Shown here piece after piece: positions 26,871 through 40,400 of a DNA stretch of 64,000 bases. The stretch spans positions 40,052,001-40,116,000 of the forward strand of contig OZ024742.1 of assembly GCA_964016885.1 (NCBI GenBank), in the 5' to 3' direction. Below the pieces are notes generated by a model. That model did no database searches. It was given only the letters and a program-made list of their open reading frames with translations, and was not told the DNA's origin. The first letter of the stretch is position 1, and every line of letters starts with the position of its first letter. This stretch comes from Eledone cirrhosa. Its lineage: Eukaryota. The position numbers were made by a program, and so were the translations under genes.

Positions 26871-27086
26871 TATATTTATAAGTCGTTTGGAAGCCTCGAC
26901 AATGCAAATGGGTAAATCTCCGGGTAACAAGGTCCGGTGGTGGAGAGAGAGATATGTAAGTGGGTGTACGTTGAGATGCGTGGTGTGTATAAGATGTGTG
27001 AGATGTGTAGAATGAAGGGAAGAGTAAAAGGGTAAAAATAATAATAACAACACAAGAGAGAGAGTTACCTTGGGAGAGATTTAGTA

Positions 27087-27126
27087 GTCCCTATATATTT
27101 CGGATTAACATCCATCAACTGGGGTT
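27087..27126 (-). ncRNA. Degenerate hammerhead relic
   Basis: CCC CAGUUGA uGGAU guua AUCC GAAA UAUA UA^GGG; two core mismatches. Confidence 0.45.
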
Positions 27127-27344
27127 TTTTCCGGGGTGGGGGAAAAGGTTGTCTGTCGGACAACTCGGAACGCGTCTTTCGCTGTTTGTTGATTTGAATA
27201 TACATATATATATATATATAATATATATGTATGTATGTATATATATATAGTAGAACACTGGAGGGTTAAGTCCGTAGTAGTGGAGCACTCAGTCCATGGG
27301 ACGAGTTTGGTAGAAGTAGTTCCACAACAGTTAGTTCACCATAT

Positions 27345-27383
27345 CGAGAAAAAATGTTTCACCTTATGCGGATCTTTAGCGCG
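27345..27383 (-). ncRNA. Degenerate hammerhead relic
   Basis: CUAAAGA uCC gcauaa GGu GAAAC..., with a downstream GAGTGCTC motif. Confidence 0.35.
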
Positions 27384-27454
27384 GTCTGTTGTGGGACTAC
27401 TTCTATATATAATATATATATGTATGTGTGTGTGTATATATATATCATCATATC

Positions 27455-27725
27455 ATCATCATCATAACCGTTTTACATCAGTTCTTCCACGCTAGCATGG
27501 GTTAGACGGGTTGTCCTGTTGTGGGCAGTGTCCGGTCGTCTGACCTTGTCTTGCTCATATGGGAACTGATTCTGGCTTGATTTCTACAGCTGGATGCCCT
27601 TCCTAACACCAACCTCATTTACAGTGAGTGCTGGGTGCTTTTTTTCCGTGGTGCCTACACGACCACTTTACAGTGTGGGCTGGGTGCTTTTTTTTTTGCC
27701 GTGGCTCCTCTACGACCACTTTGCA
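27455..27725 (-). mobile_element. RTE LINE 3' UTR copy
   Basis: Reverse complement of about 61235-61505, with (CAT)n tail. Confidence 0.75.
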
Positions 27726-27817
27726 GTGGAATGATAGGGACCCCAGCCCTATCATCTCATTTCTACAGCTGAGTAAACTGGAGCAATGTGAAATAAAGTG
27801 TCTTGCTCAAGGAAACA

Positions 27818-27919
<102 letters not shown>

Positions 27920-28574
27920 TTGTCTGTAAAATGAATGCATATGTATATATGTACACGCTGTGCTTGAGAGGTTAACTCTGCTTTTCATCCTTTCAAGATC
28001 AACGAAATAGAAAAAAAGTTCCTGTTCAGTACTAGTATCAATTCTTTCTCTTTGTCTCCTTCTCTCTCCTTCCCTCTCTTCTCACTTAGAGAGGTGTTGA
28101 GTGCCTCCAAGCTTTAAGTGCCTGCAACACTCCTGATGTCACGACGGCGTTTCTACGACTCCATATTTATGCATATATGTATGCATATTATATGTATTAG
28201 GATGTGTGGATGCAGCATTGATGAATGGTGAAGATGTTCGCTTTGCAATCATGAAGACCCAGGTCGATTCCGCTGCGTTGCATCATGGGCAAGTGTCATT
28301 TACTATACATAGGGTCAACCCTTGCCTTGTAAATGAAATTATGTGGACAGAAACTGTTTAGAAACCCGTCAAATGTAGTGTACCTTTAATTCACAGAGAG
28401 CTTTATCACACTGCTGTCTTGCTGAATTTATCTTATGGATATATATTTCTCTGGAATACTCAGTCACCGTGAATCTGCCCATGCTGGGGCATCCTCATTG
28501 ATGTTGTTGTTGTTTACCATATATCTATCTACCTCTCCCGCCCCCCTCCCCATCTCTCACTATTGCGAACAAAT

Positions 28575-28742
28575 GAAGGCCCACGTGCTAGCTGCCCTGC
28601 GGCCCCGGCCCACAGAATAGGAAGACGCCCTGGAAGAGCCATTCTAGCTCGTGAGGCTAACACCTGCGGGGAGCCAACTCTGTGCCGATGGTGGCGAGTA
28701 TGGAGGTGGCCCTAGGTCCAAGTACACCAGAAGTCTCAACTG
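28575..28742 (-). pseudogene. CRE-like non-LTR retrotransposon 3' fragment inside a SINE
   Basis: Homologous to 57530-57715; SINE sequence resumes at 28741 (CACGTTAATTT). Confidence 0.55.
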
Positions 28743-29015
28743 CTCACGTTAATTTAATGAGGTGTTCGTTGATCGAAAAAGGAAATTGGTTCTGGGTTTC
28801 TGCATTCTATGTTCACTGTGCCTCCTATATGTTTGAGATCGATAAAGAAAGTATCAATTTAGTGCTGCTACACTTTTCCCTCCTACCATCTGTCATATCT
28901 ACTGGATCAGGAGGAATACATACTACCAAGTCTGTGTGTATGTGAAGAAACATAAGTTTAAATACTTCAAACTGCCGACCAGCTTGCCTAGCGTCGCATT
29001 AAAACACCCCCACAG

Positions 29016-29151
29016 CATGTGTTCACATGTAGATACACGTATCTATATACATGTGTTCACATGTAGATACACGTATCTATATACATGTGTTCACATGTAG
29101 ATACACGTATCTATATACATGTGTTCACATGTAGATACACGTAGCTATATA
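29016..29151. repeat. 34-bp minisatellite, four copies
   Basis: CATGTGTTCACATGTAGATACACGTATCTATATA repeated four times. Confidence 0.9.
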
Positions 29152-29732
29152 CATGTGCACACAAACTACCTATAAACATATTCACGTACGTACACGCATA
29201 CACAAACATATTCATGCATACACATATTCATGCATACTTATGTATACTTACATATATGCATACGTACATTTATGCACACACACACCCAGACACACGCACA
29301 CACACGCACACACACACTACACACACACACATATATACATATGCATGCATACATATACACATACATCCATCCATATACTCAATCATTCACTGCCACCATC
29401 AGTAAACAGCTTATACGTGTGTGGTTTTCCATGCATTCAAGCGTATCAATAATATATTGCTAATCGAATGATACTATAGATATCAATAAATATTACAAAG
29501 GAACATCGAACTGTATATAATCGAAACCGTAATGGAGATTAAACGAATCCACTTTGGGATCAGAGAATATGTTAACATGGCTGACTGAGTTTGCAGGCTA
29601 TTTATATTTATATGTGTATGTGCTTCTATACTTGCCGTAAAGGCGCCTGGTTTAGTGGTTAGGCTAATTGACTCGGGATTATAATATCATAGGTTGGATT
29701 CCTGTCATTGTGTTCTTTGTCACAACTGATCA

Positions 29733-29880
29733 GTTCACTCACCACCATAGGCGCTGAGCTGGCCAGCCGCAAGTGTGAACCTCGCAAGATGGAATGGCTC
29801 TTCCAGCGCATCTCCCTTACCACCCCCCGGGGAAACACTTTCTCCATTCTGTCCGCCGGGGCTGTGGGGCGGCAAGAACG
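29733..29880 (+). pseudogene. CRE-like retrotransposon REL C-terminal fragment
   Basis: LTTIGAELASRKCEPRKMEWLFQRISLTTPRGN matches the ORF at 57526-57720. Confidence 0.6.
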
Positions 29881-30322
29881 TGGAACTCCATTTGCTCACT
29901 ATACAGAGAGATGGAGAGGGCGAGAGAGATGGGGGCGATGATGGTGGGAGTTCGGTCCTTCGGTGTTCGGACACATTGCACCTGTCAAGAGTGTATTTTC
30001 ATACTGATGACCACGGACTGTGAATAGTGGTTCCAGCTGGAACTATTGTTGACAGACTGCTTACCAGTCAGGGTTTATATATTGTAGGCGTTTATCCTAC
30101 TGATCAACGTATGTGTAAACGCTGTGTTACTGGTTTGTATTTCTAACATACAAATCTTATATCAGTGAGACGTAGTTTGAGCTGTAAATTTCATGCTTGT
30201 ATGTGGCTTATATGTTGGCGTGTGTCTGTATAAGTAAAAAGATGGGAGGGATACATGTGTGCTGTGTGTGTTTGCTTGACTGAGAAAGCATGCGAATTTT
30301 TATATGTATGAGTAAGTGCGTG

Positions 30323-30354
<32 letters not shown>

Positions 30355-30518
30355 CACACACATATACAGTGGCGGACTGGGTTTTAAAATATTGGTTGCC
30401 AGGAGATGAAGGGGGCCCTCCTACATATAGAATACTATCATTTAATTTTTATAATGAATATCTTACCTTCTCCGATAAAAAATATTATGTATTTTGCGAA
30501 ATCCAGAGACTTTCAATA

Positions 30519-30990
30519 ATGACCAGAAGTCGACCCTAAATATTACTAATAGCTCTAGGAAAGCCATGAACGACTCCACATCTTTTAAACTTTGATTTTG
30601 AAAGTAGGTTTATAATTATCAATTTTCATTATACTTTCGTAGCTGTCTCAGTGTCCTACTTGGAGGAATCATAGACAGTGGTGATCCTGGTCTGAAGTTC
30701 GATCCTGGTCTAGAATAGGGTTCCCGGTAATCCTTTTCAGTTTTTTTTCTATTGGTTGTAAAATAAAAACTGATAAAGGTTACATGTACCTCTTGACCAG
30801 GATTGAACCCAATGCCAGTATCTCCATCGTCTTTAGTACCTACTGCTAAGCCACAGAGACAACTACGAAAAATCTAATGAAAATTTATATTTATAAACCT
30901 ACTTTCAAAATTTTCAACACAAAGTGTTGTGGTGCCGTTCATGTCTTTCTTAATCTTATTGCTCCTACTTAAGGTCGACTTGTAAATCAT
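30519..30990. mobile_element. Old fold-back/MITE-like element with tRNA-like inner ends
   Basis: Imperfect inverted arms (TTTTGAAAGTAGGTTTATAA / TTATAAACCTACTTTCAAAA) with inner B-box-like GTTCGATCCTGGTC and its reverse complement. Confidence 0.5.
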
Positions 30991-31329
30991 TTGGGTGCTC
31001 CATAAACTACATCCTCGTTTTGTTTCTCATCTATCTAGACTACATTTTAACCTGTAATCCATGTTTCATTTCTGTTTCACCTCATTCCCCCCTCTCTCTT
31101 TCTCTCTGTAATATTTGAATCTACTATGATTTGGGTTTACTTTATTTCATATATATATATATGTTTTGCATGTCAGATTCAAACTTACAATGATTGGCAT
31201 TATATATATATATATATATAGTGATAATAATAAATTTGAAGACTAAAATCCAAAGAGGGCTCGATAAGGATAAATATATATCAAATATATAAGAACCGTA
31301 GAGCAAATATTTATTAAAATAACAGATTA

Positions 31330-31382
31330 AAGTTTAAGCAAAGAATCGCTGCTTTCACCCTTAACGGGATCTTCTGAAACTC
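31330..31382 (-). ncRNA. Hammerhead with one core mutation (CAGAAGA)
   Basis: GAGUUU CAGAAGA uCCC guuaa GGGu GAAA GCA gcgauucuu UGC UU^AAACUU; all three stems pair. Confidence 0.65.
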
Positions 31383-31435
31383 ATATATATATATCAATGA
31401 TATTAATAAATGGAAACTATCTTTATAAAACCATA

Positions 31436-31500
31436 TTTATTTTATTATATATATTTCAAGGGTACTAAAATTTTGGTACGCTCTCATCAGATAAAATAAA
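31436..31500 (-). ncRNA. Minimal hammerhead at the 3' end (pLTR) of the Penelope element
   Basis: UUUAUUUUAU CUGAUGA GAGcGUAC...GUACcCUU GAAA UAUAUA UA^AUAAAAUAAA; perfect 10-bp stem I. Confidence 0.9.
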
Positions 31501-32818
31501 AAAGTTATTTTATAAATAGTGACATATCCAAAAAACAAGAACTTATCGTTTTAAGTTCTGTTTGACTATTCTATTAATATTTTACTACAACTTTAAAAGA
31601 CTTAATTTTTAAAGCCTAATTAAATAATTATTAAATATGTATTAAAATATAATACCATGCATATATCCCCATCAATACATATAATATATTTTGTTCATTT
31701 ATTATCCAAATTAATTTAGAAATTCGCTTTATGAAAACTTTGTTATTATTTAATTTTCATTTATTTCTTAGAATCCAACTGTGGTTATATTTACTCTCTA
31801 TAATTTTATTTTATTTAATGAATGGTTATATTCACTTCTGTATTAAGTTATTCTGATATATATAGTTTCCTTTTAATGATAGACTATGTATTATTAAACT
31901 ATTAATCATTATTTATTAATCTATATATCATATTTTATGTGTTTTTTCAAGCTAGTCAAAAAGAAATTTTTACGGATAATGTAAACAAAAGGAAGATAAC
32001 TCATTCACAATGTACAAGCATATTTAACTTATAGGGAATCTCTTCTCTCACATCCAGCGATATTTTAAAAGCCTTAAATTATCTATTGCATATATCCTAA
32101 TTGATGCCTAATTAAATATTGACCTATCCTAATCAAAGCATAGGATAAACAGACTCCTAATGAAATTATTCCATTACATAAGAATATCAATAAATTATTA
32201 CTTCAATTAAGCAAAATTTATATATATTTAAATTATTAATTGCCCTTATTTTTTTTTGGAACTGGTACATTGCCTGGAAAGTTTTACCAATTTTATGATG
32301 ACAAAAACTACTAAACAATTCATTTTTTTTTTGTTGATTAAATTGTCATAATTTGTGATTATCTGCAGAATCTCTTCGTTGCAAAGATAGCAAATTTCTG
32401 AGATTTTTGAATTCTGGTAGGACGTAGCATACCTTAATTTCCTCCAAGAGATGGAGTATTTAATATTATTGTCCTTTAAAGACCATACTAATTGTGAAAG
32501 TGAAGTTGAAAATTTCTTATCTGGTCTATTAAAAGTATGCCTATGATTATACCAACGTTCCTTAAATTTAGATAAGGTGGCACCTATGTAGTTATATATA
32601 TTATTATTTGCCTTAATGGTTCATTTATATACTAGATTTTTGTCAAGGCAATTATTTTGTAAAGGACATTCAGACCTCTTTCTACAATTACATTTCTTCT
32701 CAGTGTTATTTACAGACGTTATACTATTCACATTGCTATTTAAAGGCGTTCTACTATTATTCGTGTTTAAACTATTATTATTGTTATTCCTATTAACTAA
32801 TATATTATTATTATTATT

Positions 32819-33778
32819 GTTCTTTGAGTCTCAGTCATTGATGTTAGTTAGCTGGAAAGTTTGTTGAAATGAATATCAAGCCACTACCTGCAGCCTCAGA
32901 TATTCAGGACGTATCGGAGGGTTCTTGCTGTTCCCAGCAAGCATGCCTTTTGAAGCGTTCCAAAAAGCGTGAAGGGGCCAATTTTCTTTAACCATCCCTG
33001 GAAACCTTTTGAGATAGTACCTAGTGCGCCTATGACAATCGGGACCACTTTGACTTCATGGCAGTGCCAAATCCTTTTTACCTCCCAATTTAAGTCCTGG
33101 TATCGGTTACTTTTCTCCCTCTCCTTCTCTTGCACTCTCGTGTCGAATGGGCAGCCCACATCCACAATCAGGCACGATCTTTTTACTTTGTCCAAAAGCA
33201 CCAGGTCAGGTCTATTGTGTTCCAGTTTCTTGTCCATCTGTATCCTAAAATCCCACAGCACCTTCACCTGATCGTTTTCTATCACCGACTCTGACTTATG
33301 CTCATACCACTTCTCAGAATGTGGTAAATTGTTTACTTTGCACAGGTGCCAGTGGATCACCCTGCCCATCACATCATGTCTCCAGCCCTTATAGTGAGTC
33401 TGGGCTAGGTGTTTACACTCGGATACAATGTGAGCCACAGTCTCCTCTCTCTCTCCACAGATCCTGCACAGTGGGCTAGCCTCCTCCTTGTAAATATGGT
33501 GTTTCAACCACTTCGTTTTGAGGGCCTGCTCTTGCGCAGCCATTAGCATTCCTTCTGTAGCCTTTTTAAGGTCTCCTCTTTTCAACCAGTTCCATGTCTG
33601 TGGATCTCTGAATTCAGTTTTCTCAAAGAAGGTACTATGAAGGGATTTTTCCTGAAGGCTGCTCTTTCTCCTTATTTCCTCCCTGGACATCCCCTGGTCT
33701 ATTGTCCTCTCCTTCAGTACAATTCTGTGCATTGGTTCCTTACTATCAGTCACGTATTTCTGTAGGTTGTTTTTCTCC
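32819..33778 (-). mobile_element. R4/Dong-like non-LTR retrotransposon, 5'-truncated copy 1 (REL endonuclease region)
   Basis: ORF 33753-32896 contains CCHC CRICGEREETVAHIVSEC, RHD, PDLV..IVDVGCP and K..RY; bounded by (AAT)n. Confidence 0.85.
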
Positions 33779-33836
<58 letters not shown>

Positions 33837-36060
33837 GTTCTTTGAGTCTCAATCATTGATGTTAGTTAACTGGAAAGTTTGTTGAAATGAATATCAAGCC
33901 ACTACCTGCAGCCTCAGATATTCAGGACGTATCGGAGGGTTCTTGCTGTTCCCAGCAAGCATTGCCTTTTGAAGCGTTCCAAAAAGCGTGAAGGGGCCAA
34001 TTTTCTTTAACCATCCCTGGAAACTTTTTAAGATAGTCCCTAGTGCGCCTATGACAATCGGGACCACTTTGACTTCATGGCAGTGCCAAATCCTTTTTAC
34101 CTCCCAATTTAAGTCCTGGTATCGGTTACTTTTCTCCCTCTCCTTCTCTTGCACTCTCGTGTCGAATGGGCAGCCCACATCCACAATCAGGCACGATCTT
34201 TTTTCTTTGTCCCAAAGCACCAGGTCAGGTCTATTGTGTTCCAGTTTCTTGTCCGTCTGTATCCTAAAATCCCACAGCACCTTCACCTGATCGTTTTCTA
34301 TCACCGACTCTGGCTTATGCTCATACCACTTCTCAGAATGTGGTAAATTGTTTACTTTGCACAGGTGCCAGTGGATCACCCTGCCCATCACATCATGTCT
34401 CCAGCCCTTATAGTGAGTCTGGGCTAGGTGTTTACACTCGGATACAATGTGAGCCACAGTCTCCTCTCTCTCTCCACAGATCCTGCACAGTGGGCTAGCC
34501 TCCTCCTTGTAAATATGGTGTTTCAACCACTTCGTTTTGAGGGCCTGCTCTTGCGCAGCCATTAACATTCCTTCTGTAGCCATTTTAAGGTCTCCTCTTT
34601 TCAACCAGTTCCATGTCTGTGGATCTCTGAATTCAGTTTTCTCAAAGAAGGTACTATGAAGGGATTTTTCCTGAAGGCTGCTCTTTCTCCTTATTATTTC
34701 CTCCCTGGACATCCCCTGGTCTATTGTCCTCTCCTTCAGTACAATTCTGTGCATTGGTTCCTTACTATCAGTCACGTATTTGTGTAGGTTGTTTTTCTCC
34801 ATCTGAACACAGTCCTCTATGCTGATAAGACCTCTTCCACCTTCAGATCTCTTTAAGTAGAGTCTATCGACATCACTTCTCCTGTGGAACATGTTGTAGA
34901 TAGTCAATAATTTCCTAGTCTTCCTATCCATTTCTTTTTGTTCAGCAAAATTCCATCTCAGAATTCCCGCACTGTACCTAATAATAGACACAGCTCGGGA
35001 ATTGACTGCACTTATGGCATTCCTACTGTTCAGATGTGACTTTAATACGCTCCTTACTCTCCGAATGTATTATTTTCTTATCAATTCCTTTATTTTTTTT
35101 GTTCTTGATGTCATCAGCCTCCAGAACACCCAAATACTTGTATCCTTCTTCAGTGTCAATTTCCTTTATCATCTCACCTGTTGGCACCTGGATTCCGTTA
35201 CTTCTGCTCAATTTACCCCTCTTCATCACAAGGACTCCACACTTACTAATACCAAATTGCATACATATATCATTGCTGAAAATACGGACAGTGTCAACAA
35301 GCACATCCAACTCCTTCTCGCTCTTCCCGAAGAGCTTAAGATCGTCCATGAAGAGGAGGTGATTGATGGTAAGCTCTCCCTTTCCCAACTTGTATCCTGC
35401 TGTCACTTTTCGCAGTATAATGGTCAGGGGCATCAGGGCAAGGACAAACAACAGAGGGGACAGACTATCTCCCTGGAAGATACCTCTCTTGATCTTCACG
35501 CCTCCCAAGGATTCTTCAGCTCATGTTAACTCTGTTTCCCAGGACTTCATACTTTTGCCCAACAACTGTCTGATGTTTTCTGCCACCTTGAAGATCTTCA
35601 GGCTTTTGGTGATCCAAGAATGAGGCACCATGTCAAATGCCTTTTTGTAGTCTATCCATCCCATGGCAAGACCAGTGTGTCTCCTCTTGCAATTCCTCAT
35701 TACCATCTTATCAATAAGTAACTGGTTCTTTGTACCACGGGACTTCTTTCGGCATCCTTTCTGTTCGTCCGGTAACAAGTTGTTTGTGTGGAGGTGATGG
35801 TAGATTTCCTCAGACATAATGCTTGTCAAGAGTTTCCACATTACGGACAGACATGTGATAGGTCTATAGTTGGTAACATCATTACCCTTGATTCGGTCCT
35901 TCATTACCAGAACTGTGGTACCTTTTGTCTACCACCCTGGTACCTCACCTGACATCAAGCAGTCATTGAACATGGTTGTCAGTTTCGGGTGGAGGGATGT
36001 TATATTTTTAATCCAATACCCCTGCACACCATCTGGGCCTGGTGATTTCCAGTTGGTTAG

Positions 36061-36062
<2 letters not shown>
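33837..36062 (-). mobile_element. R4/Dong-like non-LTR retrotransposon, 5'-truncated copy 2 (RT plus REL), frameshifted
   Basis: [42 protein letters not shown] and the REL motifs; bounded by (AAT)n on both sides. Confidence 0.9.
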
Positions 36063-36118
<56 letters not shown>

Positions 36119-37477
36119 GCTAATTATAGGTTGGTTCAATTTAAAAAATGTATTATTTGTTTTTGCTATATTTTGAGCAATATTCATAGTTGTTGAGTAA
36201 GATAGTTTAACTGTGTGTCTATTGAAGATAGGGTAGTATTTATGTGATCTAGGGAAGCATTTATGCAAAGCTTTAAAAAATAAATGTGCTACAGGTGTTT
36301 TAATAGCTAAAGATGCTGGCGGAGCATACCAAATTATAGATCTAGTTTTTATTTTTTTCTTCGATTTATTCATCCAGTTGTTGTTTTTATATTCATTTTT
36401 ATTATGGTTATAATTGATTCTATTTTGGTGGATTTCTGTATTTTTATCTATATACACAATGTTATTGCTATATCCAGCTTTATGTAACGCTTCATTATAA
36501 TATATAGCTTTACTATTAAATATGGATCTATTAGCAGATAGCTTGGATATTCGTTGTTGTACACTGTTGACTATTGCATTCTTAACACTTTTAGGATGAT
36601 TAAAATAAAAATTGACATAATTTAAGTTCTCATTGACTTTATGGAAAGGATAATAAAGGCCTGAGTTCAGATTTAGAGTCACATCTAATACATTTACTAT
36701 TTTATTATTATTTTCTATTTCTAATTTCAAGTCATAATTTTAAAAAGATTCTATAATTGCTTTCTTTACTCTATTTAATTCACTATTGTTATGTTTTACT
36801 ACAATAAATAGTATGTCGTCCCTATATAAACCTCCGGTAATCTCCGTCAATTTTCTATTTATCATGTTAAGGATAAAAATTCCCACAAGATCTGTAACTT
36901 GCGCCGAATCTGACGAACCCATCGTAATGTGAAAATTCTTCGGTCTATCTGCCCTAGTCCAAAGATCATTATTAAAATCAATCAAGGTTCACCTTGCTGT
37001 TAATATAATATTTATTTCCTCACTAGATAGGTATGTGTGTTTATATGCATATGATAGCGCCTTATTTAATAGATTAGGAGTTATCGAGGAATAATAACTG
37101 GCTATATCCATTTGAATGAACTTATAATTATTTTAGTTTTAATATTTTTGAACCAATCTATAACTTCACTTGTGCCTTTCCATAGATTTAGCTGTGATTT
37201 CAATTTAGGTGTTGATAAAATCCTATCTATTATATTTTTACTAATTATTCCAAGATCGGATTTAGAAGGTGCTATGAGTCTAACTGGTAAATCCCTCTCA
37301 AAGTTTCTTTTATGGTCTTTAAAATTAATCCGCGGCTGTTTTGGTATGAAAGGTTCCGTTTTCCGCTCTATTCCAAGATTGGTGGTAATTTTGAATGCCT
37401 CATTATTAATGTCCAATAAATCCTCGTTTGAGGCCTTTTTATAATTTTTCCTCAGTTCTTTTAAAATTAAATCATTA

Positions 37478-40400
37478 TGTGCCAGGCGCCCACTTTTCCC
37501 GGTCTTTGTTTGACCCAGGATTGCAGCTCAGTGAGCGAGACGAGTCGTGGAAAAGCTCGCCTCACAAACGGGGCCCACACCGGTTTATAGGTGAGGAATA
37601 CCTGGAGGTGCCGTAGCCTTAGTGCGTGTTTACGCATCGTCAGCCACGGCATCCCCAGCCCTCCGTTAGAGGGTGTTGACAGCAGATGGATCTTCTCACC
37701 AAAGGGGCCCGCTTCTTCCAGAGGAATTGGAAGAGCGCGCGCTCCACTTTGGTGAGCGTTTTCGCTGCACAAGGCACGACGGTCAAGCGGTAGTAGATGA
37801 CGGACGCTATATAAGCGTTCGCCACCTCCGCTCGACCTTTCAAGGATAGTTTGCACTCGGCCCACTTCTGGGCGAGTGCAAACACCTTGGCCGTTACCTC
37901 GTTCCAGTTTTTCTCCACCTGGAGGTCTGGTCCGAACCAGACCCCAAGCAGCTTCACCGGTCCCTCCGTCCAGCGTCCGACGACGCCATCGGAGGGCATC
38001 GGTTTGCCTCTCCACGTTCCGAGTTGCAAACCGACCGACTTGTCCTGGTTCAGCTTGGCTCCTGTAAACCTTTCGTATTCCTCCATTAAGGTGCCGATCT
38101 TCTCGACTAGCGAGGCGTTCGACGCCATTACTGTCACGTGATCGGCGTAGGCCGACACCGCTTTCCGCAATCCTGGTTCCAAAGGGATGCCCTAGAACAG
38201 CTCCAACTTCCGCAGTAATGGCTCGAGAGTCAGTACATACAGAAGAGAGGAGAGAGGGCATCCCTGTCGGATGGATCGCGTGATTTGGAACGGCTCCGAT
38301 AGGTAGCCGTTCATCTTGACCCTTGAGCAGATGTTGCTGCTGTGCATAGCATCAATCCAGCCTCTGAAAACGGGTCCGAAGCCTGCTGCTGCGAGCACCG
38401 CATCCAGGTAACGATGGTCGACCCTATCGAACGCCTTAGATTGATCCAAGTTGATCAGGGCCCCACCGAGGCCGGGTTCACTCCCTACCCTCTCTACGGT
38501 GTATCGCATGAGGTGGAGGTTGTCGTGTATGGACCTGGACGGCATTGCGCATGTCTGCGCTTCTCCCACCAAGTTCCCGACGACAAGCGCCAACCTCTTC
38601 GCTAACACCTTGGCCAAAATCTTTAACTCTGCATTTAGCAGAGTTATGGGCCTGAAGTTACCTATATGGCCCCCCCTGTTTTCGTCCTTCCTCACTAGCG
38701 TGACTACGCCCTTGGTCACAGAACTAGGAATTCTCCCGTTCGGTTGCCAGTTGCAGTAGACCGCATCAAGAAGATCGGAGAACAAGTCCGGCATAGTTAC
38801 GTAAAGTTCGTATGGTAGACCATCAAGACCCGGAGAATTGCGTTTGCCGCATTCGCTCAGCGCGTCCCCTATTTCAGCGGCTGAAATCGGCCCTTCGCAG
38901 GACTTCGCCTCTCCGTCCGAGAGCCGCGGCAGACCATCGAGGTATGGAGTGAAATCCAGAGTCTCTCCTGCCGCGCCGTCCCTCCCGAACAGTCCTGCAA
39001 AGTGCTGCTGAAAGGCCGCGCATATCCGCTCCGGTTTAAGGATCACACGTCCATCCTGGTCCTTCAAAGACCGAATCGTGGACTTCTTTCCACTTTTTGC
39101 CTCTGTCACTTGGGCCCAGCTAACAGCTTTGGCTCCCTCGTTTCCTAGAGCACGTGTTTTACTCCTGACAACGCAACCTTAGTGCTTCGCGTCAAAGAAC
39201 TGGTCTAAGGCCGTTCTTGAAGCCAACACACTGATCACGTTGCCACTCCTAAGCGCCTCTTCTACTCCATCTACTAGTTCTTTTTCCGTTTTAACTCTAT
39301 CTAGCGCTAGTTCCTTGCTAAATCCTATTGATTCTAATCTAATTGCTCTCTTGAGAGAGCCCCACCACCTGTTGTTGATTATTGCCCCCGTCAACTGTTG
39401 CTTAACTAATGTGCTAATTCGACTACTGTACGCTTTGCTTGTTGGTAACGACAAGTTCAGCTTCCAGTAGCGGGGTCCTTGTCTATGGATTCTTTCAAGG
39501 TTGATTATGCAGGTCACTAATTTGTGATCTGAATAGTCAACCATGAACATTTGTGGACAGCTTAACATGTCCCTATCCTTATTTCTAACTAGAAACCTAT
39601 CTAGGTACGATCTAGATGTTCCGCTACGGTTTGTCCACGTCCACAGTGGCACAGTCGGAAAATCTAGTCGGTATCTATCGGCCAATTAAAATCGGCCGAT
39701 TAACTGTTTAAGGCTGTTTCACCCCCTCTATCGGGACATGCCCGTACATAGTCCCAACGTGTATCTAGGATTCCATTCCAGTCCCCCACTAAAAGCAAGG
39801 AGCGGCACGTTCCCAGAAAAGTTTCCAGACGTTTGAAGAAGTCTGGCTGCGATGTCCTGGACGGCCCCCAGTATGAAGGCTCCACCTTCACTATTGTTGA
39901 CGTCTAGGACGACCAGTCAACCCTCCAGGTCCAGATGTACCGTCTGTGTTACGAGGTCCAGGTGTTTCCGCAGCAAAACGGCAACCCCGCCCCCACCTCC
40001 CGGCTGACAGAGAGATGCGTAGCTCTCAAAGTCGTCGAAGATGGGGGCCAGCTGCCGCTCGCTGTGGATCCTGGACTCGCAAATGGCTACTACATCCATA
40101 CTGTGCGACCTGAGGTCGTTTAAGAGTTTGGCCTGTTCCCAGGGCATCCCCAGGCCGCGTACATTCACACATCCAACTCTTATATTGGCCATGTTGGTGC
40201 TGAAAAGTTAAAAGAAGAGAAAAAGAGATTACTTACCTCTTCGTCTCCTGGGGACCAGGCTGCAAAATTTCCATGGGGGTGTTGGAGGGGTTGTTTGGTG
40301 GGGTGGTGATTTATGGCGGGGTGGGGACGGAGATGTTTTGTGGAGAGGGGGTGTCTGGTGGGGTGGGGGTGTCTGGGGTGGGGTAGGGAAACATTTTAAT

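Larger units (their letters stand above)
31395..37477 (-). mobile_element. Penelope-like retroelement (RT plus GIY-YIG), decayed, interrupted at 32819-36062
   Basis: RT fragments 37416-36120 (MGSSDSAQVTDL, LYRDD, NVLDVTL); EN at about 32700-32250 (KCNCRKRSECPLQNNCL..VY..YIG..FKERW, ICYLCNEE); 3' hammerhead. Confidence 0.85.

Noticed and set aside
29016-29151. CRISPR-like array
   Set aside because: Units are contiguous with no spacers, in a eukaryotic context.
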